NCBI GenBank assembly: GCA_017385345.1
Contig: JAFNRY010000119.1
Location: 1-24,734, forward strand
Length of the DNA: 24,734 nt
Source of the DNA: Kiritimatiellia bacterium
Lineage (GTDB): Bacteria; Verrucomicrobiota; Kiritimatiellia; RFP12; UBA1067
Direction of reading: 5' to 3'
The first letter of the stretch is position 1. Each line of letters starts with the position of its first letter. The notes under the pieces were generated by a model, which saw nothing but the letters and a program-made list of their open reading frames with translations, was not told the origin of the DNA and did not search any database. Below, one piece after another: positions 16,205-22,036 of the stretch. The translations under genes and the position numbers were made by a program.

Positions 16205-16213
16205 ATTATACCA
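16205..16213 (-). promoter_or_regulatory. Extended -10 (TGGTATAAT) 6 nt before the cmk ATG
   Basis: aatGGTATAATtcgggaATG on the minus strand. Confidence 0.6.
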
Positions 16214-16231
16214 TTAATCGTTGCAAAACTC

Positions 16232-16308
16232 TGGTGGGTCTGCCGGGAATCGAACCCGGAACCTACGGTTTAGGAAACCGTCGCTCTGTCCAGTTGAGCT
16301 ACAAACCC
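16232..16308 (-). tRNA. tRNA-Arg (anticodon CCT), 77 nt with encoded CCA
   Basis: GGGTTTGTAGCTCAACTGGACAGAGCGACGGTTTCCTAAACCGTAGGTTCCGGGTTCGATTCCCGGCAGACCCACCA. Anticodon stem acggt/accgt, loop TTCCTAA, T-loop GTTCGAT. Confidence 0.97.
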
Positions 16309-16323
16309 GCGCCAAGTGCGCAT

Positions 16324-16353
16324 ATTCTATCATTCACAGCTCTTGCAAGTCAA
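16324..16353 (-). promoter_or_regulatory. Promoter for the tRNA (TTGACT-N18-TAGAAT)
   Basis: Near-consensus -35 and extended -10 (TGATAGAAT) just upstream of the tRNA 5' end. Confidence 0.7.
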
Positions 16354-16370
16354 TGACGAATATTGCGCGT

Positions 16371-16408
16371 AAAGCAAAACAAAGGAGCCGGCTGTAAAAA
16401 CCGGCTCC
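16371..16408 (-). terminator. Rho-independent terminator of the PEP-CTERM gene
   Basis: Stem ggagccgg / ccggctcc followed by TTTGTTTTGCTTT on the minus strand. Confidence 0.8.
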
Positions 16409-16433
16409 ATTGCATCGCGCGTTTGCGAATACC

Positions 16434-17024
16434 TTACGCGACTTTGCGACGACGGAGAGCAAGCCCCGCCATGCCGAGCAGCATGAGAAGACCGCTCGTC
16501 GGCTCGGGAACCGCCGTGTACGTATTGCCGCCGTTCCAAACCTTCATTGCCATCTGAGCCTCGGACAGGGTCTCAAATTGAGCAAGATCCTTTGCTGCGG
16601 AACATGTCAACGCTTGGGAACGTCCGACAATATTGCCGGTGCTGCTTACCAGTTCTATATAAAACACGCCGGAGGAATAACTGTCAATGCTTGCGCCATA
16701 GGGACTCTCGTCGCCTTTTGTCCATATCGTGTTTGATACACCGGAAGGATTGGTCGATGACAGCACTGTACGACCGTCCTCAGTTTTTGCCGGGGGATTC
16801 GCCTGGGAAGCCGTACCATTACCACTCGCCAATTCACTATTATAATGCACGAGTGTAGCGTACTGCCAGCCATTGAAAGCAGCCGTCACATTATCGGCCG
16901 CAGGATTATTTTTGACATCTGCCAATGACGTTGGCGAATCATTTACCTGCCAGTAGAGAACCCCGGCATTTGCAACCATGCCGACGGCCACAACCGCCGC
17001 ACAGACCAACAGTTTGTTTTTCAT
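16434..17024 (-). CDS. PEP-CTERM sorting-domain protein, 196 aa
   Basis: Signal peptide MKNKLLVCAAVVAVGMVANA. C-terminal VPEPTSGLLMLLGMAGLALRRRKVA (PEP motif, transmembrane helix, basic cluster). Confidence 0.95.
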   Translation of the reverse strand: MKNKLLVCAAVVAVGMVANAGVLYWQVNDSPTSLADVKNNPAADNVTAAFNGWQYATLVHYNSELASGNGTASQANPPAKTEDGRTVLSSTNPSGVSNTIWTKGDESPYGASIDSYSSGVFYIELVSSTGNIVGRSQALTCSAAKDLAQFETLSEAQMAMKVWNGGNTYTAVPEPTSGLLMLLGMAGLALRRRKVA

Positions 17025-17064
17025 CGTCATCCCTTTTTGCTCATGTTTCATCAACATGAAGTCA

Positions 17065-17094
17065 ATTCTACCATACGCACGCTTCCGCTGTCAA
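17065..17094 (-). promoter_or_regulatory. Promoter of the PEP-CTERM gene (TTGACA-N18-TAGAAT, extended TG)
   Basis: Perfect TTGACA at 17094-17089 and TGGTAGAAT at 17073-17065. Confidence 0.75.
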
Positions 17095-17118
17095 TCCCAA
17101 TTTTGTCAATTCCAATTT
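17089..17118. repeat. 15-bp tandem direct repeat, two copies, one mismatch
   Basis: tgtcaatcccaattt tgtcaattccaattt; each unit contains TTGACA on the minus strand. Confidence 0.85.
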
Positions 17119-17870
17119 ACAGACAAGGCGCTGTCGGCGGAACGCACATACCAGAAACCAGCACCTGCGGGTATCTTGTCCGTGGAGCCATCAACCCATG
17201 AAGCGGTTTTCACGGTATGCGGCGTCCCGAGGATTACAACCGTGGTCTCCTGTGGATTGCTCCAATCCTGATATTGCCACTTGGAATCCTTGTATGTGTA
17301 CTGTTTCGTCGCGCCCGAGTTGGCGAGATAAATGATATCGCCCGCGGCGGGTTTGACGGTGCACTTTTCGGTAAACCCGGAGAGCTCGACAGACACGGGC
17401 TTGACATTCCCGAGCATCGTCCAGACACCCTTCGAAGCCGTCTGAACCTTGGCGGAATTTGTCGGAAGTTCGCCGTAAAGGTAGATTGTTGACGACGGAT
17501 TCGAGCGAATCAGGCAAATGCAATCGCCGAGAGGGAGCGTCGAGCTGGAGGTGGTGACCGTATCACCCGAAACTGTCTTGCCCCCGCTCCATGCAGTACC
17601 ATCGAACTTCCAGGTTTCCCAAACGCCATCATGCTTCAAAAGAAGCTTGTCGCCGTTTTGCAGGCCATCGGTCAACACGTACTTGGTCACGTCTATGGTC
17701 GGCGACGCCGAACCGTCCGTGCCGACAGTGATCAAGGGGATCGAAAGGATCGTCTCCTTGCTGCTGCTGGCGATTTTGATGCGGCAAAGCGTATTGGTGG
17801 TCTCTACGGCTGCAAGAGCCGCGCCGCACGCGAGCATCGCCACCGCTGTAACAATCGTTTTCCTGTTCAT
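17106..17870 (-). CDS. Uncharacterised secreted protein, 254 aa (weak resemblance to Verrucomicrobial TIGR02597-type proteins)
   Basis: GGAGG 8 nt before ATG 17870 and signal peptide MNRKTIVTAVAMLACGAALA. Thr/Ser/Gly-rich, with ETILSIPL near the N-terminus and IPAGAGFWYVR near the C-terminus. Confidence 0.75.
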   Translation of the reverse strand: MNRKTIVTAVAMLACGAALAAVETTNTLCRIKIASSSKETILSIPLITVGTDGSASPTIDVTKYVLTDGLQNGDKLLLKHDGVWETWKFDGTAWSGGKTVSGDTVTTSSSTLPLGDCICLIRSNPSSTIYLYGELPTNSAKVQTASKGVWTMLGNVKPVSVELSGFTEKCTVKPAAGDIIYLANSGATKQYTYKDSKWQYQDWSNPQETTVVILGTPHTVKTASWVDGSTDKIPAGAGFWYVRSADSALSVNWN

Positions 17871-17909
17871 TTGCATTTCCTCCGGAATAATTTGACGGCC
17901 GATGGTTTC

Positions 17910-18686
17910 CTACTTGCTGCGCACGACCCTGAAGAAGTAGTACCTGTCCTCGGGATCGTCGCGATAGACGAGCGTCAGTTCGCCGTTAGCGACGCCCTGG
18001 ACGCCCGAGCAGAACAATTTCTCCTCCGTTCCGCCAATCGACTTCTTGGCGAGGATGGCGTACTTGAGGAACGGCTTCGTATTGGCGACCCTGATGTAGG
18101 CGAGGCCGGCCTTCTCATCGAGATCGAAGGCGGTGACGACGGGCTTGACGGCGGCGGCGTCCACGACCTCGGTCGCGGTCGATACGGCTGTCGCGCCGGC
18201 GGCGGCCACCGTCGAAGAAGTCTTGATCTCGGCGGCCACCTTGCCCCAGCCGGAATACACCGTTCCGCCCTCCTTTAGGCCGACCGTCGTGCCAGTAAGA
18301 ATGCCTTTCTCGTCGTACGTGTTGACGCGCGTATCAAAGAGATAAACCTCGAAGCGTCCGCCCGTGTACTCTTCGACCACCTCGCCATCCCCGGTTGAAA
18401 CCTTGGGATCGATGACATAGGTGATTTTAGGGCATACGCCGTCCTTGGCGACAGCCGCGCGGCAGACAATCTTGTCCTCAGGATCGACAGTCGTTCCATC
18501 GGGGTTGATGCCCTCGAACGCCTCGCCCTTCACGAACACGAGCGCGTAGATTTCGCCGTCCGCGACCTGCGTTCCGTCCGCGTACGTATCTTTTTCCGGC
18601 CCGGTGGAGAACTCGACCCAGGCGGGGGTTGCGAACGCGGCGGTCGCGATAAGCCCCGCGCCGGCCATAAGAGAAAACTTCTTCAT
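17910..18686 (-). CDS. Uncharacterised secreted protein, 258 aa, ending YYFFRVVRSK
   Basis: AAGGA RBS and signal peptide MKKFSLMAGAGLIATAAFA. Beta-rich N-domain (FSTGPEKDTYADGT...YALV...C...CP...YLFDTRV), an Ala/Thr/Val linker, then a C-terminal module. Confidence 0.8.
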   Translation of the reverse strand: MKKFSLMAGAGLIATAAFATPAWVEFSTGPEKDTYADGTQVADGEIYALVFVKGEAFEGINPDGTTVDPEDKIVCRAAVAKDGVCPKITYVIDPKVSTGDGEVVEEYTGGRFEVYLFDTRVNTYDEKGILTGTTVGLKEGGTVYSGWGKVAAEIKTSSTVAAAGATAVSTATEVVDAAAVKPVVTAFDLDEKAGLAYIRVANTKPFLKYAILAKKSIGGTEEKLFCSGVQGVANGELTLVYRDDPEDRYYFFRVVRSK

Positions 18687-18719
18687 TTCCGTTTTCCTTT
18701 CTTTCTTCAATTCGAGAAA

Positions 18720-19862
18720 TCAGTTGTTGTTGGGCGTGGCGGACGCCGTCACGACATACTTGACGACGGCGGGTTCGGTCGCGCCGCTCTTGGCAGTCAC
18801 GGTCACTTTGACCGTTCCGGATGCGGTACCGTTCGTCGCGGTGCCGATGTTGTAGCTCTCTGTCACGTCTTTGTTTCCATCCAGCACCTTCACGGAGTAG
18901 CGGGGCGTAATGCCGTTCTTCGCGCCGACGCTGCCGGGGAAGACAATCGTGGGAACACCGCCGGAAGCGAGCGTCATATCCGTAGCGGCGAACTGGACAT
19001 CGGAATCCGGGTCGAGACCGCATTCGAGCGACTGCCAGACCGTGCGTCCGGAAGAACCGAGTTTCGCGGTAGTGATCGTCTCGGCCGTGACGCCGTACTT
19101 GGTGAGGGTCTCGTAAGGAATCGTGTACGTGCCGGAGACGCCAGTCGGCGTGAACGCCGTGTTGGTGCCGCTAACCACATCGGCGGCCACGGTGTTGAAG
19201 ACCATATCGTCCGTCTTGGCGGAGCCGACGAACGAAATCGAACCGATCGACGACTTGCTCTCGTTGGCGAGCTTGTACCACGCGCCGTTAGCGGAAGCAT
19301 TGGACGTTGCGCCCTCCAGATAGCCGTACGTGCTGACGACCGGCATGCCGTCGATGCTCACCTGGCAGAGTTTGTTGGCATAATCGAACTTGAACTGGAC
19401 ATGATGCCAGGCCCTCAATGCCACGGTGCCGACATTATACCAGTCGGCCGTGCCGCTCTTGTTCTTGCACCAGAGCATCAAGGGAACGCTGCCGGCGGTC
19501 TCGGAAGTGCCGGCCGCGATCGCGATCTGGGCGCCGGTCAGAGAATCCAGCTCTTCGCTCGCCTCGTCCAGATAAAGGAGAAAATTGGACTGGATCGCGC
19601 TGGTCAAAGCCGTGCACGTCACCTCGCCGTCGATCGAGAGCGCCTTGGTGTGGGCCGCGTCTTTCGCCGGGAAGCCACCGACCGGGGCGGACGAAATCGT
19701 ATCGGAGATGACGAGGCCGTCGCCCGTCCATCCGCTCACGCTGAATTCGTTCGCGGTTGCGCTTTCAAACGTCTCGGTGGTGGTGGTGGCGGCGAATGCA
19801 CAACCGGCGGCGAGCGCCGCACCCGCGCAGAGCGTTTTCCTCAATGTTTCTACGTTCATCAT
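18720..19862 (-). CDS. Uncharacterised secreted beta-rich protein, 380 aa, probable paralog of 10294..11400
   Basis: AGGAGG 7 nt before the ATG, and a signal peptide ending GCAFA. AWHHVQFKFDY...VSIDG and SISFVGSAKTDDMVF are LamG/ConA-like; also a CGLDP motif. Confidence 0.78.
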   Translation of the reverse strand: MMNVETLRKTLCAGAALAAGCAFAATTTTETFESATANEFSVSGWTGDGLVISDTISSAPVGGFPAKDAAHTKALSIDGEVTCTALTSAIQSNFLLYLDEASEELDSLTGAQIAIAAGTSETAGSVPLMLWCKNKSGTADWYNVGTVALRAWHHVQFKFDYANKLCQVSIDGMPVVSTYGYLEGATSNASANGAWYKLANESKSSIGSISFVGSAKTDDMVFNTVAADVVSGTNTAFTPTGVSGTYTIPYETLTKYGVTAETITTAKLGSSGRTVWQSLECGLDPDSDVQFAATDMTLASGGVPTIVFPGSVGAKNGITPRYSVKVLDGNKDVTESYNIGTATNGTASGTVKVTVTAKSGATEPAVVKYVVTASATPNNN

Positions 19863-19889
19863 GCTTCATCCTCCTCAGATTTTGCCCTC

Positions 19890-19924
19890 ATTCTACCACA
19901 AGGCCGCGTCCCCCGCAAGGGGGA
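19890..19924 (-). promoter_or_regulatory. Sigma70-type promoter TTGCGG-N17-TAGAAT with a TCCCCC-N4-GGGGGA palindrome over the -35
   Basis: Same geometry as 11460-11494. Confidence 0.7.
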
Positions 19925-19953
19925 AAATCGAAAAAATATTTTCCGGACGGGCG

Positions 19954-19964
19954 TGTGGTATAAT
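19954..19964 (+). promoter_or_regulatory. Extended -10 (TGTGGTATAAT) for tkt
   Basis: Ends 9 nt before ATG 19974. Confidence 0.7.
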
Positions 19965-19973
19965 AGGCGCGTC

Positions 19974-21971
19974 ATGGGAAAAGCTACAGACGAAGAAGTG
20001 AAGTTGGCGGCGAACACGCTTCGCTGCCTTTGTGCAGACATGGTTGACCGCGCAAACAGCGGGCATCCCGGGGCGCCGCTCGGCATGGCGGACATGGCGG
20101 CGACGCTGTGGTTGCGTTTCCTCGAGGCGGATCCGGCGGATCCGGCGTGGCCGGGGCGCGACCGCGTCGTATTCTCGGGCGGCCACGCGAGCAGCCTGGT
20201 TTACGCCCTCGCGAACCTCGCCTCCGGGAACGGGGCGCTCGGGAACGGGCCGACGCTCGACGAGTTGAAGGAGTTCCGCCAGTGGGGCGCGCGGTGCGCC
20301 GGCCATCCGGAGCGCGGCGCGATACCCGGCGTCGAAGTGACGACCGGGCCGCTCGGCCAGGGCGTGGCGATGGGCGTCGGGCTGGCGCTCGCGGCTAAGA
20401 AGGCGGCGTCCTCCAACAAGACGTGGGTGTTCTGCGGCGACGGCGACATGGAGGAAGGCGTGTCGCACGAGGCCTGCAGCCTCGCCGGCGCCCTGAAACT
20501 CGACGGGCTGGTCCTCGTTTACGACTCGAACGGCATAACGATAGAAGGCTCGACGGCAATCGCCATGGCCGACGACACGAAGAAGCGGTTCGAAGCGTAC
20601 GGCTGGAAGGTCTATACGTGCGACGGGCACGACATCGCGGCGCTGACGGCGACGTTCCGGCGCTCGTCGAAGACGGCGGGCGCCCCGGCGCTCGTCATCG
20701 CCAGGACGCACATCGGCTGCGGCGCGCCGACGAAGCACGACAGCGCGGGCGTCCACGGCTCCCCCCTCGGCGCCGAGGAGACGCGCGGCCTGAAGACGGC
20801 GCTCGGCTTCGACCCGGACAAGAGCTTCTTCGTGCCGGAAAGCGTGTACGGGATGTTCGCGGAGCGCGCCGCGCTCATGCGGCGGCTTTCGAAAAGATGG
20901 CGGCGCGAAGCGCAGAAGGCCGGCGGCAAGGCGGCGAAGACGGCCGACTACCTCGATCTCGTCAAGGCCCTGCCGCAATACGAAAGCGGCTCGAAGGCGG
21001 CGACGCGCAACGTATGCGGCGAAGTCCTCAACGCGCTCGCCCCGCTCTGCCCGGGGCTGACCGGCGGTTCGGCCGACCTCGCGCCGAGCAACAAGACGTA
21101 CCTCAAGGGAATGGGCGACGTCGCCCCGGGCGACTTCTCGGGACGCAACATCCACTACGGCGTGCGCGAACTCGCCATGGCCGCGATCGCCAACGGCCTG
21201 ACGGCCTACGGCGGCCTGCGCGGCTACGGAGCCACGTTCTTCGTTTTCAGCGACTACATCAAGCCGGCCCTGCGCCTCGCCGCCCTCATGAAGCTGCCGT
21301 CGATGTTCTTCCTTTCGCACGACAGTTTCTACGTCGGCGAGGACGGCCCGACCCACGAGCCGGTGGAGCAGCTCGCCTCGCTGCGCTCCATGCCGGGCGT
21401 CGTCACGTTCCGTCCGGCCGATCCGCGCGAGACGGCGTACGCGATCGTCGAGATGCTTCTTTGCGAAGACAGGCCCACGTGCCTGCTGACGACGCGCCAG
21501 AACGTGCCGGTGCTCGACGGCGTGCGCCACGAAGGCGTGGCGAAGGGCGGGTACTGCCTGTACGAAAGCGGCCCGCAGGACTCGAAGACGATCCTGTTCA
21601 TTGCGACCGGCTCGGAAGTTTCGCTCGCGCTCGAAGCGGCGAAGACGCTCGCTGGCGAGGGCCGCGGCGTGCGCGTCGTGTCGATGCCGTCCATGGAGCT
21701 GTTCCTTGCGCAGAACACCGGCTGGCGCGAGAGCGCGACGCCGTCGTTCATGAAGCGGCGCGTCATAGTCGAGGCCGGCGCGCGCTTCGGATGGGACAGG
21801 TTCGCCGCCGATCCGGCGACGACGAGGTACGTGACGATGGACCGCTACGGCGCGTCCGCTCCGTGCGAAGTGCTTGCGGAGAAGTTCGGGTTCACGGTGG
21901 AAAACGTCCTGGCGGCGGCCCGCGCCGCGGCGGGCGTCGAAGGCTTCGCGGCCGGCGGAAACGCGAAGTAG
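19974..21971 (+). CDS. tkt: Transketolase
   Basis: SGHPGAPLG, FSGGH, GHPE, TTGPLGQG, ThDP motif GDGDMEEG...N, GSADL, YGVRE and HDSFYVGEDGPTHEP. Confidence 0.98.
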   Translation: MGKATDEEVKLAANTLRCLCADMVDRANSGHPGAPLGMADMAATLWLRFLEADPADPAWPGRDRVVFSGGHASSLVYALANLASGNGALGNGPTLDELKEFRQWGARCAGHPERGAIPGVEVTTGPLGQGVAMGVGLALAAKKAASSNKTWVFCGDGDMEEGVSHEACSLAGALKLDGLVLVYDSNGITIEGSTAIAMADDTKKRFEAYGWKVYTCDGHDIAALTATFRRSSKTAGAPALVIARTHIGCGAPTKHDSAGVHGSPLGAEETRGLKTALGFDPDKSFFVPESVYGMFAERAALMRRLSKRWRREAQKAGGKAAKTADYLDLVKALPQYESGSKAATRNVCGEVLNALAPLCPGLTGGSADLAPSNKTYLKGMGDVAPGDFSGRNIHYGVRELAMAAIANGLTAYGGLRGYGATFFVFSDYIKPALRLAALMKLPSMFFLSHDSFYVGEDGPTHEPVEQLASLRSMPGVVTFRPADPRETAYAIVEMLLCEDRPTCLLTTRQNVPVLDGVRHEGVAKGGYCLYESGPQDSKTILFIATGSEVSLALEAAKTLAGEGRGVRVVSMPSMELFLAQNTGWRESATPSFMKRRVIVEAGARFGWDRFAADPATTRYVTMDRYGASAPCEVLAEKFGFTVENVLAAARAAAGVEGFAAGGNAK

Positions 21972-22000
21972 AAGCGCGGACGCGAAACGCGCGAGAAGCG

Positions 22001-22036
22001 GCGGCGGCGGGAAACCGCCGCCGCTTTTCGTTTTTT
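22001..22036 (+). terminator. Rho-independent terminator of tkt
   Basis: gcggcggcgg GAAA ccgccgccgc followed by TTTTCGTTTTTT. Confidence 0.9.

Noticed and set aside
16232-19862. Classical tRNA-integrated genomic island or prophage at tRNA-Arg
   Set aside because: The accessory genes lie on the 5' side of the tRNA, while the 3' side is cmk. No integrase and no duplicated tRNA 3' fragment were seen.
19401-19973. N-terminal extensions in the ORF track for tkt (19401), aspS (10402), the secreted protein (11508), toxin (11321), adk (12133), CPBP (8900) and birA (4442)
   Set aside because: They run through promoters, terminators or neighbouring genes; the conserved N-terminal motifs begin at the downstream starts used above.
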